64,000 nt of DNA from Candidatus Doudnabacteria bacterium (GTDB lineage Bacteria > Patescibacteriota > Doudnabacteria > UBA920), in contig PLYC01000010.1 of assembly GCA_003151625.1 (NCBI GenBank), positions 4,283 to 68,282 of the forward strand, given 5' to 3'. A program made the position numbers and the translations under genes. The notes under the pieces were generated by a model. That model saw nothing but the letters and a program-made list of their open reading frames with translations, was not told the origin of the DNA and did not search any database. Positions 38,382-47,008 of this stretch are shown in pieces (the first letter of the stretch is position 1; each line of letters begins with the position of its first letter).

Positions 38382-38702
38382 ATGGCGGAAATAATTCTGA
38401 ACGAACAAAATTTTGATTCTGAAGTCTTAAAGTCAGACTTACCGGTAATGATAGACTTTTGGGCGGTTTGGTGCGGCCCCTGTAAGGTGCTTAGCCCGAT
38501 TGTTGAGGAAATTGCCAAAGAATACGAAGGCAAACTTAAAGTTGGCAAAGTAAATGTGGACGAAAACAATGCTTTGGCCGCCAAATACGGCGTAATGAGC
38601 ATCCCGACATTAAAATTCTTTAAAAAAGGCAAGCTTGTAGGAGAAATGATTGGTGCCGCTCCTAAAACCAGTGTAGAGGCCGAAGTTAAAAAACATATTT
38701 AG
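38382..38702 (+). CDS. trxA: Thioredoxin
   Basis: WAVWCGPCK active site, 106 aa. One of only two clear plus-strand genes in the window. Confidence 0.9.
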   Translation: MAEIILNEQNFDSEVLKSDLPVMIDFWAVWCGPCKVLSPIVEEIAKEYEGKLKVGKVNVDENNALAAKYGVMSIPTLKFFKKGKLVGEMIGAAPKTSVEAEVKKHI

Positions 38703-38891
38703 TAGGACTTACGCGTTTGAGGCAAAAATGAACAAAAATTATATCTTGCTGCCTCAAACCGCAAGGGCTTGGCCGATTACTTCGTTATTTTGCTGCGGTT
38801 TTTGTCGACGTAGTCAAACTACGTCTCCAAAAATCCTCACAAAATGCCTCGTACTCGGCCAAGCGCGTAAGTCCTATTTAGAACCAAATTT

Positions 38892-38925
38892 AAAAGAATC
38901 CTCTCACGAAAGAGAGGATTCTTTT
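38892..38925. terminator. Perfect bidirectional terminator hairpin between the convergent trxA and ATPase genes
   Basis: aaaagaatcctctc-acgaaa-gagaggattctttt. Confidence 0.6.
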
Positions 38926-40843
38926 AAATTTGATGCGATTCACCTGGGTTTAAAACTGTTTTTTGCATTTCGACTGCTTTATTTGGGATAACCGCCGCTG
39001 CCACAGGGGCAGCATGAGTCTGAATTTGATTTTTGTATTCCGTTTCAGGAGCCATTGCCGGAGGATTTGCTTTTGAGGGCTGGCTAAAGATTTGGCTAAC
39101 CGCTTCACTTGTCTGGCGGTTTGCCTGGTAAATTTTTTCCTGATGAAGGCTGGCAATCTGATCCCAGATCGGATTTTCCTTCTTTTGCTGTCCGCGGTCT
39201 TGCCCAAAGTTCTTGTTTGACTGCCTGGGTTGGTGGTTGGAATTTTGTTGCGGCGGCCTGTTAAAACGATCTTTTGATTTTTGGGGTCTGTCCGTATTTC
39301 TGTGCTCCTGATGTTTTTTTTCGAAGTTTTGCTTTGGAGCAGCGGACATATTGGCTTGTTGCGACAATTTTTGGGGTACGGGAATTTTTTGAACAATTAC
39401 TTCCGGTGCTGGTTCAGGTTTTTCTTCTTGAGGCTCCGCCTGGGATTGTCCTTGAGACGTAACCGGCTGATTTTGGTCGGCGGTCGCTGTTTGATCTTCC
39501 GTTTGCGGTGTCCCAATTAGCACCGCGGCTTCCTGATGATATTCCGCGCCCATCCAACGGGAAATTTTTTCTTCAACCTCCGCCACCGGGTTGGCATAAC
39601 GTTCCCGGGAAACTTTTAGAACTTTTTCCGAGTTGCCCGTTAAGTGTGCGGGGTTCGGCGAAAGTGTAATCGCGGAAAAAGGGTCGGAAGCGACACCGTT
39701 AATCATCAATTTTAAAATAATCGAATATTTTGGTAAATTAACCAGGTCGCTGGGGGTAAAAATCGGCTCAAACTCGGTTTCCAAAAATTCCGCGTCCACA
39801 GCGCCGATTCTAAATACGACAATTGTCCCGACGTTGCCAAAAATCGCGTCCCTAACCTTCGTACTCTTGTCTTCTTCCAACTGGGCAATGTACTGATGCC
39901 CGACAATTAAATTTAAACGGTATTTGCGGGCTTCGCTTAAAATAGTGGCAAAACTTTCCGTGGCAAAATTTTGGAATTCATCCACGTACAAATAAAAATC
40001 TTTTCTCTCTTTTTCCTCGATATCGGTTCGAGACATGGCAGCCAGCTGAATTTTGGTAACCAGCATCGCGCCGAGCAAAGCCGAATTATCTTCACCGACT
40101 TTGCCCTTTGACAAATCCATAATCAGGATTTTTCGATTATCCATTATTTCGCGCAAATCGATTGTACTTTTGGGCTGACCAACTATATTACGAATAATCC
40201 CCGAACTTAAAAACTGTCCGACTTTATTTTGAATCGGGGCTATGGCTTCGGTGCGATACTTTTCATTATAATTTGCAAACTCATCGACCCAAAAAGCCCG
40301 AACCATAGGGTCTTTAATATTATCAACAATTTTCTTCCGGTATTTTTTATCCACATACATCCTGGTAATACCCAATAAAGTATTCCCCGGACTGTCCAGC
40401 AAAGCTAAGATAGTATTGTTCAAAATATATTCCATTCTGGCCGACCACAGATTGGCCCAGATTTTTGTAAACACACCCATCAAGCCAGATGCCACCAAAT
40501 GCTTAAATTTGGGGTCTACAGACTCTAAAATGTTAAAGGCCACCGGATGCTCCAAATCCGCGGGATTAAAGTAAACCACGTCGTTAATACGGCTAGCCGG
40601 GACACAATCCAGTATTCTTTGTACCGAATCCCCATGAGGGTCTAAAAAAGCAATCCCATGGCCATTTTGGATGTCCTGAATAACCATATTCTCCATAAGG
40701 GTCGTTTTCCCCATTCCGGTTTTTCCTATTAAATACATGTGCCGGCGGCGGTCATCGGTTTTAATACCAAAAGGCACTTCCTTGTTTCGGAAGTTAGTTT
40801 TGGCAAATACGGTAATTAAATTTTCATTGTTTTTGTTTTCCAT
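38924..40843 (-). CDS. VirD4/TraD/TrwB-like (type IV secretion coupling protein-like) P-loop ATPase with a Q/P-rich low-complexity C-terminal tail
   Basis: LIGKTGMGKTTLM Walker A, FLDPHGD (compare VirD4 DPKGE), YLYVDEFQNF Walker B. No N-terminal TM helices. 639 aa, with ~200 aa of Q/P/N-rich tail. Confidence 0.5.
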   Translation of the reverse strand: MENKNNENLITVFAKTNFRNKEVPFGIKTDDRRRHMYLIGKTGMGKTTLMENMVIQDIQNGHGIAFLDPHGDSVQRILDCVPASRINDVVYFNPADLEHPVAFNILESVDPKFKHLVASGLMGVFTKIWANLWSARMEYILNNTILALLDSPGNTLLGITRMYVDKKYRKKIVDNIKDPMVRAFWVDEFANYNEKYRTEAIAPIQNKVGQFLSSGIIRNIVGQPKSTIDLREIMDNRKILIMDLSKGKVGEDNSALLGAMLVTKIQLAAMSRTDIEEKERKDFYLYVDEFQNFATESFATILSEARKYRLNLIVGHQYIAQLEEDKSTKVRDAIFGNVGTIVVFRIGAVDAEFLETEFEPIFTPSDLVNLPKYSIILKLMINGVASDPFSAITLSPNPAHLTGNSEKVLKVSRERYANPVAEVEEKISRWMGAEYHQEAAVLIGTPQTEDQTATADQNQPVTSQGQSQAEPQEEKPEPAPEVIVQKIPVPQKLSQQANMSAAPKQNFEKKHQEHRNTDRPQKSKDRFNRPPQQNSNHQPRQSNKNFGQDRGQQKKENPIWDQIASLHQEKIYQANRQTSEAVSQIFSQPSKANPPAMAPETEYKNQIQTHAAPVAAAVIPNKAVEMQKTVLNPGESHQI

Positions 40844-40932
40844 CGTTCAAAATATCCCCTGTCTTTACAACTACTGATTGGCGGCTACTTTACTAATTTA
40901 AGATAACGCACATTAGTATATTAGTAAAGCAA

Positions 40933-42288
40933 TTATAAAACTTCTGCCGTTGGCAGGTTCGAAGGGGCCCTGCCCTTTTTGCTTTCTACAGTGTGTACGC
41001 CAGCAGGCACCAAAGTTGTTTCGGTTGTTATTGGGAAGTGATACAAAGTGGCGATTTCCTCTACGCTCAGCAAAAACTTAGGACTACCAACATACATACT
41101 GCGGTTTTTGTAACCTCTTAAAAACCAATACTTACGGCGTTTGGTTTCTCTTTCTAAAAATGATTTTTCTAAAGTATCCGAAACCAAAGCATTTACTTTT
41201 GTCCAATTCGCGCGGTCTATTTTTAAAGTATTATGCACGCCGGCGCCACCGCCCGGGCTAAGATGCCTCATTGAGCCAATAATTTCAGTGCGCTTAGTTT
41301 TATCAAATTGGTCTTTAGGCGCTATATAAATGGTTCTAATTTTTGCATTGAAACTGGCTTTGTTGAGCTTTTGCTCAATTAAAGCGACTTTTTCTTTTTC
41401 GCCTTCAGTCATACTTATCCAATTATTTCTGGGCTTGTTTTCAGGTTCGGCATGTCCATGTCCGCCGCCAAAAAAAGTCTCAGAGTAGCTGAATTTGGCA
41501 AACCATTCAAACGGCAAAAGTAAAATACTGCTTAATGTTATTTTGTGCGGCATTTCTTCCCCGGTCAGATCCTTTATTTTTCTTTCAGCCCTTTCCGCCC
41601 ACTCGTTATTTTGGATTGGCTGAATCATAAGCTGAATAGCCAATACTTCATCGGGGTTTATTCTTTCCATTGTTTCGATAGTGCTGGTTAGAGAATCAAT
41701 GACTTTTTCTTCCGCAGAAGGGTGCTCAAAATCCTTATAAGTTTTTATTGGGATAACGCTGTCCTGAACCATTTTCCATTCGGTGCCAAAAAAATCATAG
41801 AGACCATCTTCGTTATGGTGTACGTTTATATGAAATTTTTCCATATAGTCATCGACAACGGAAATTTCGGCGGATGGATACTGGGAATAAAACGCCGACT
41901 CAACCAAATGCTGATATCTTTTTGGCGTTCTTATCACAAATGAGACGTGCCCACCCAGGCTGATAATTTCCAAAGAGTACCAAAGCTGAAAGCGGCCCTG
42001 CATATATTTTTGTTCAAAGGTAATACTGGCGTGCAGAGCGTGCATTTGGGCAAAAATATTTTCAACCGCCATGGTGCTGGCTCTGTTTTCTTTTGGTACG
42101 CGGATTTCTAAAAATACCCATTCGGTGCCTCTGACAAATTGCCCCTGAATTTCTTCCAAGTATTCAAAATAAAGCATGTAAATCAGGCCTAAAACAAAAA
42201 GCACCCATCCGTAATAGGTAACTACTACCAAAAAGGCTATATGGAAAACATCGTTAAAATTTGGAAATATGCTTGTTAAAACTTCCAT
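40933..42288 (-). CDS. Hypothetical membrane protein (two N-terminal TM helices) co-located with the VirD4-like ATPase
   Basis: 451-aa ORF with a hydrophobic N-terminus; no known motif recognised. Confidence 0.4.
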   Translation of the reverse strand: MEVLTSIFPNFNDVFHIAFLVVVTYYGWVLFVLGLIYMLYFEYLEEIQGQFVRGTEWVFLEIRVPKENRASTMAVENIFAQMHALHASITFEQKYMQGRFQLWYSLEIISLGGHVSFVIRTPKRYQHLVESAFYSQYPSAEISVVDDYMEKFHINVHHNEDGLYDFFGTEWKMVQDSVIPIKTYKDFEHPSAEEKVIDSLTSTIETMERINPDEVLAIQLMIQPIQNNEWAERAERKIKDLTGEEMPHKITLSSILLLPFEWFAKFSYSETFFGGGHGHAEPENKPRNNWISMTEGEKEKVALIEQKLNKASFNAKIRTIYIAPKDQFDKTKRTEIIGSMRHLSPGGGAGVHNTLKIDRANWTKVNALVSDTLEKSFLERETKRRKYWFLRGYKNRSMYVGSPKFLLSVEEIATLYHFPITTETTLVPAGVHTVESKKGRAPSNLPTAEVL

Positions 42289-42307
42289 TTTTTATTTCAT
42301 TACTTCA

Positions 42308-42377
42308 CTTCTACTAAATACTAACCTTTAAAATTTCTGCTTTAGCATTTTTAACTTCATTAGTATTTAGTAGACGC
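42308..42377. repeat. CTACTAAATACTAA-family inverted repeat (copy 3, shorter)
   Basis: cttctactaaatactaacc...cattagtatttagtagacgc. Confidence 0.7.
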
Positions 42378-43459
42378 TACACTAGTGCGTATGAGTTCTT
42401 GCCGACTTTAGCAAAAAGTTTTTTATTGGATAGGCCGACTAAAATTGTATTCTTTTTAACCATTCGGCGTTTTAATACTTCTTCGATAATCCTTTCTTTT
42501 TTTAAAGGCTGCGGAGATTGCTTTAAAATTTCTACGATGACATCGGCGACCACACCAGGTTTATAACCCCATTCAGAAAGCGCGTAAATACCGCGCCCGA
42601 TTAAAATAAACCGTTGGTCCTTAATTAATTCATTATGAACGGTTTCTTTATAGGCTTTGCGGTCATCAAAACCGGCTTTGTTGATCATGTCCGTAATAAC
42701 GGAATAGTGTTCTGGTTTCTGATGGTGCTTCATAACCAAATAAGCTTTATCGCCAACGTCTTTTGGTTTAACTTCTTTCCATAAACTCAAACCCCAGTGT
42801 CCAAAGACATTTTTTTCAATTTCCACCGTTAGCTCTAGATAATTTAAAATAATTCGGTCATTAAGTTCGGCCTGGTTTTGCCTATAAAATTCAGTTTGTT
42901 TAAAGTGTTCTAAAAATTCTTCCGCCGCAACAGGGGTATTTTTTTCACCGATGATTTTCTTGCTTTCGGCTACAAATCCGGCGAGTAAATCTTCCCGGAA
43001 TAAAACCGAAACCCAGGCTTTTTTGTAGTTTTGATGGATAAAATGATCCAACTCCTCAACTAAATGCAAAATAAAAATTAAGGCGTTCTTTTCTTTGTCA
43101 TCAGTAATATTTAAGTGCATTAATAAACTCTCTTCGGCAATTATCCGGCCGTGTTCCGTAACGATATCAAGCAAAAAATTCTTTGCCGAAGCGAAGCTTT
43201 CCTTTTGGATGCTAGTCTTTTTTAAATGTTTTAACAAGTCTTTTTCTATTTGCCTGACTCTTTCTCTGGTTAGGCTATGCTCCTGGCCAATGGCGGCCAA
43301 AGTCTTGCTCTGGGCTCCTTCCAGTCCGTAGCGATGAATTAAAATACGCCGATCTCGCTCTTTAAGTGAATCTAAAATTTCTTTGACCACCTCTGAAGGC
43401 TTAAACTGGCTCAAAGATTCGTTCTGCTTGGTATGAATTATAGTATCAAGAATGCCCAT
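42377..43459 (-). CDS. Protein with an N-terminal sigma-70 region 4 HTH fused to an unknown ~260-aa domain
   Basis: RRILIHRYGLEGAQSKTLAAIGQEHSLTRERVRQIEKDLLKHLKK matches sigma-70 region 4. Confidence 0.5.
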   Translation of the reverse strand: MGILDTIIHTKQNESLSQFKPSEVVKEILDSLKERDRRILIHRYGLEGAQSKTLAAIGQEHSLTRERVRQIEKDLLKHLKKTSIQKESFASAKNFLLDIVTEHGRIIAEESLLMHLNITDDKEKNALIFILHLVEELDHFIHQNYKKAWVSVLFREDLLAGFVAESKKIIGEKNTPVAAEEFLEHFKQTEFYRQNQAELNDRIILNYLELTVEIEKNVFGHWGLSLWKEVKPKDVGDKAYLVMKHHQKPEHYSVITDMINKAGFDDRKAYKETVHNELIKDQRFILIGRGIYALSEWGYKPGVVADVIVEILKQSPQPLKKERIIEEVLKRRMVKKNTILVGLSNKKLFAKVGKNSYALV

Positions 43460-43641
43460 GAATTTATTTTTAGAAATTCAGCCTAACCGGAGTACCGGCT
43501 TATTGGAACAAAGTCCAAGGGTAGATCGACAACGATAGAAATTAATTTGTAAAAGACTAACAACTCTTCTAACGGCTAGCAATTATTTCCAATAGTATAG
43601 CATAAAATTAGCTTAATTGTCAAATACCCCTACATAAAATA

Positions 43642-43665
43642 AATCCCCCTTATTTGAGAGGGATT
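43642..43665 (-). terminator. Terminator hairpin downstream of secF
   Basis: Minus-sense aatccctc-tcaaata-agggggatt followed by a T-rich run. Confidence 0.45.
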
Positions 43666-43707
43666 CAATATCCTAATATCTTAATTTCCAAATATCGGTA
43701 ATATCTT

Positions 43708-44601
43708 TTATACTTGCTTTGTTTTCCACTTTTGCCAGAGGACTAAGACAGGGCTGGCAATAAATATTGAGGAATAAGTACCAACAATAATACCAATAAA
43801 CAAGGCAAAAACAAAGTATCTGATAGTGTCGCCGCCAAATAAGAGGAGGCTTAACAAAACAAACAACACGGTTAAGCTGGTGTTTAAAGACCTGACCAGT
43901 GTTTGGCTAATGCTGTGGTTAACAACAAACTCAATGCTTTGGCCGGCGTAAACTCTTAAATTTTCCCGAATTCTGTCAAAAACGACAATTGTATCGTGAA
44001 CCGAGAAGCCTAAAACCGTAAGCATGGCGGTAACAAACAAACTGTCAATTTCCACACCTTTAAAATGTCCTAAAATTGAAAATGCGCCAAGTACAAATAG
44101 CAGATCGTGAATTAACGCAATTACAGCCGCCCAGCCAAAACGCCAGGATGTTACCGGCTTTGTAACTTTGCGAAAAGCGTAGCCGATATAAATAACAATG
44201 CCTAACGAAACGAATAAAAGCTGTAAAAATGCATCTTGCGTTAACTGCTTGCCAATTACCGGTCCAATTGAGTTATACTCGGTTTCTGTAAAATTTCCGG
44301 CTGCGGCCTGAATTTTGGCCAGCAACTGATCGTGCTGGTCTTTGCTCAAACTCTGGCTTTCAATAATTAAGCCGTTATTAGATGCCGTCTGAATTTGAAA
44401 ATTTCCAAGATTTTGTGACCTTACGGCATCCTGTACCTTGGCCACATCAACCGGCTGTTTAAACTGTAGTTGAACCTGGCTACCACCTTTGAAATCAATA
44501 CCCAATTTTAGATGATAAACGGAAAGTGAGACTATCCCAAAAATCAGAATAATCCCTGAAACACAAAAGAAAAATTTGTAATATTTTAAAATATTAAACA
44601 T
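43708..44601 (-). CDS. secF: Protein translocase subunit SecF
   Basis: 297 aa, SecF N-terminal TM plus periplasmic domain plus C-terminal TM bundle. Confidence 0.9.
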   Translation of the reverse strand: MFNILKYYKFFFCVSGIILIFGIVSLSVYHLKLGIDFKGGSQVQLQFKQPVDVAKVQDAVRSQNLGNFQIQTASNNGLIIESQSLSKDQHDQLLAKIQAAAGNFTETEYNSIGPVIGKQLTQDAFLQLLFVSLGIVIYIGYAFRKVTKPVTSWRFGWAAVIALIHDLLFVLGAFSILGHFKGVEIDSLFVTAMLTVLGFSVHDTIVVFDRIRENLRVYAGQSIEFVVNHSISQTLVRSLNTSLTVLFVLLSLLLFGGDTIRYFVFALFIGIIVGTYSSIFIASPVLVLWQKWKTKQV

Positions 44602-44617
44602 ATTTTTTAGAAGCGAA

Positions 44618-44704
44618 GTTAAATGCGAAAAAATTAATCGAGCGAAACAAACGCGAATTCGCGTTTAAATTCGCGTTGCAGAAGCGGCATTTTTTTCGCT
44701 TCTA
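44618..44704. mobile_element. MITE-like element (copy B, secF-secD spacer)
   Basis: tagaagcgaagttaaatgcgaaaa...acgcgaattcgcgtttaaattcgcgtt...cgcttcta. It shares the ends, the internal GCGAATTCGCG palindrome and the ttcgcgtt segment with copy A. Confidence 0.55.
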
Positions 44705-46161
44705 CTAATTCCAAATAACCACGGATGCGTGGCAATGTTATTACCAACGAATACCCGCAAAAACGTCCTGGTTACGGTAATGGCTGTAAACATAGAAATT
44801 AATATGCCGACACCGAGAGTAACCGCAAAGCCTTTAATTGACGGGGTTCCAAAAATATACAGGATGGTTGTGGTAATAAGGCTGGAAACATTGGAATCAC
44901 GAATGGACAGCCATGCCCGGTTAAAGCCTTCTTCCACGGCTTTATGGATTTCTTTGCCCGAGCGGATTTCTTCCTTAAGCCTTTCAAAAATTAAAATGTT
45001 CGCGTCAACGGCCATGCCAATGGACAAAATAAATCCCGCGATGCCGGCCAAAGTTAAAGTTACCGGAGCAAGGCCGTTTAAAAATATTAACAGTACGTAG
45101 CTTAACAGGGCCAAAATTCCGAACCAGAAGCTGACTGTTAATCCCAAAAAGAAAAACAGACCGACCAAAACAACTGCCGTAAATGAAATCCCAATTTTAA
45201 AAATAGCAAACGAGACTACGGCATAAACTAACAAAGCCAGAGTAGCCAAAATTCCCGGGAACCGGTAATAAACAATCATAAACAGGGCTATCATAACAAG
45301 TCCAATTAGACCTGCTTCCACGGATTTTTGCACTGACTCTTTACCCAAAGTCGCACCGACAGTTTCCTGAGAGATAAGTTTAATAGGCACAGGCAATGCG
45401 CCGCTGTTTAGTCTGGTGGCCAAATCTTTGGCCTGCTGAACAGTAAAATTGCCAGTTATTACGGCTGTGCCGTCAGTAATGGCATTTTGCACGGTCGGAG
45501 CGGAAAGCAGTTGGCCATCAAGAAAAATAGCAATAGGTTTGCCAATGTTGGCGGAAGTAATTTGCGAAAAAATCTTGGCCCCGTCGCCGTCAAATTGCAA
45601 ACGAACCACAACCTGATTGCTTAAACTTTGGCCCTGTTGGAAATCAACCGTAGCTTTTTGCAACTGTTTGCCGGATAACCCTGTAGACAACCACTGACTC
45701 CCGGCGTCCAGAGTTAGCGCGTTTGTGCTGGAAGCGGTTATTTGTTGAGGATTCGGATTTTGTACCTTAAATTCAAGGGTTGGGGTTTGGCCAATTTGGT
45801 TAATGGCGTCATTTATATCCTTAATTCCCGGGAGCTCAATAATTATTTGATTACTGCCCGAGACTTGAACCAAAGGTTCGCTGACACCAAAACTATTTAC
45901 GCGTCTTTCAATCGTGTCACGGATGGCATTTAAAGCATCTGCCTGGTCAGCCGGGGCAATACCGCTAAAATCCGCCTGGTAAACCAAATGGCTTCCGCCT
46001 TGTAAATCTAGACCCAAATGGACTTTAAAGCTTTGGCTATAAGGGATTTTTAGAGCTTTTAGGCTGATTCTACTGCCCTGCGGTAATACTATCCATACGG
46101 CTGCCGCGGCAATAAGTAAAATCGCGAAAAGTGAGGAAAAAAGTTTAAGTTTTGGGTGCAT
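44665..46161 (-). CDS. secD: Protein translocase subunit SecD
   Basis: 498 aa with a large periplasmic domain then the C-terminal 5-TM bundle. Confidence 0.9.
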   Translation of the reverse strand: MHPKLKLFSSLFAILLIAAAAVWIVLPQGSRISLKALKIPYSQSFKVHLGLDLQGGSHLVYQADFSGIAPADQADALNAIRDTIERRVNSFGVSEPLVQVSGSNQIIIELPGIKDINDAINQIGQTPTLEFKVQNPNPQQITASSTNALTLDAGSQWLSTGLSGKQLQKATVDFQQGQSLSNQVVVRLQFDGDGAKIFSQITSANIGKPIAIFLDGQLLSAPTVQNAITDGTAVITGNFTVQQAKDLATRLNSGALPVPIKLISQETVGATLGKESVQKSVEAGLIGLVMIALFMIVYYRFPGILATLALLVYAVVSFAIFKIGISFTAVVLVGLFFFLGLTVSFWFGILALLSYVLLIFLNGLAPVTLTLAGIAGFILSIGMAVDANILIFERLKEEIRSGKEIHKAVEEGFNRAWLSIRDSNVSSLITTTILYIFGTPSIKGFAVTLGVGILISMFTAITVTRTFLRVFVGNNIATHPWLFGISRSEKNAASATRI

Positions 46162-46232
46162 AAAAAGAAATGAGCAAAATTGACAAAAATGACAATATTG
46201 GCCTTAAATTTATGAAATTGTTACTTTGGATA

Positions 46233-47006
46233 TTATAGCAAATTTAGAGATTTTGGCAATGGGTTCTTAATAAGCCCTATATACGCAATCATCGCCTCAA
46301 TATTAGTTGGCTTGTCGCGACGAAAGGAAAAATATTTTTCTTTTTGGCAAAAAGTACATTCACCGCAACTTTCAATGTTCTTAGCAATTAGGCCGGATGT
46401 AACGAGTTGTTTGCTGATTATTTTTGGAAGGTCAACAAAAATTTTACCGCCTTGTTTACTTATCGCTTCCGGGTATCCGGAAAACTTTTCCAAAATATCA
46501 TTTTTAATTTCAAAATGGCAGCACTGTATACCGGGCCCAATACCGGCAATTATGCTTTTAGGGTAGCCGGCAATAGCTTTTACTGCCTGCCCTGCGATAT
46601 TGTTCACAGTGCCCCGCCAACCGGAGTGGGCAAGCCCAATGGTATTTGAACTCTGCTGATAAAAATAAACCGGAAAACAGTCGGCAACGGTGACGGTTAA
46701 AAATAACCCGAAGGTGCTTGTAACCAAACCATCCGTTTCGGAAATTATTTCCCCACGTTTTTTCGCATCCACCCTCAAAACAGAAGCCGAATGAGTCAGC
46801 TTAGGGGTTACGATATATTTTAAATTAATTCCCTGCTTTAAAAAAAATTTCCGGCGGTTGTCGGCAAAAGCCAAATTCCCGCCCGCCAATTCCATAGCCC
46901 CATCTGATTTTACAGACATGCCGTATTTAAGCTTAGAGATTTTTTTAAATTTTTTAAATTCCATCGGATCCCACCAGGAGTGATTCTTAAATTTGACGGC
47001 CGTCAA
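46233..47006 (-). CDS. YfiH/PgeF-family (DUF152, laccase-domain) protein
   Basis: VADCFPV, HSGWRG, and a Cys-His cluster. Confidence 0.7.
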   Translation of the reverse strand: MTAVKFKNHSWWDPMEFKKFKKISKLKYGMSVKSDGAMELAGGNLAFADNRRKFFLKQGINLKYIVTPKLTHSASVLRVDAKKRGEIISETDGLVTSTFGLFLTVTVADCFPVYFYQQSSNTIGLAHSGWRGTVNNIAGQAVKAIAGYPKSIIAGIGPGIQCCHFEIKNDILEKFSGYPEAISKQGGKIFVDLPKIISKQLVTSGLIAKNIESCGECTFCQKEKYFSFRRDKPTNIEAMIAYIGLIKNPLPKSLNLL

Positions 47007-47008
47007 AT

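Noticed and set aside
38375-38632. 85-aa minus-strand ORF
   Set aside because: Antisense to thioredoxin, whose WCGPC motif validates the plus strand.
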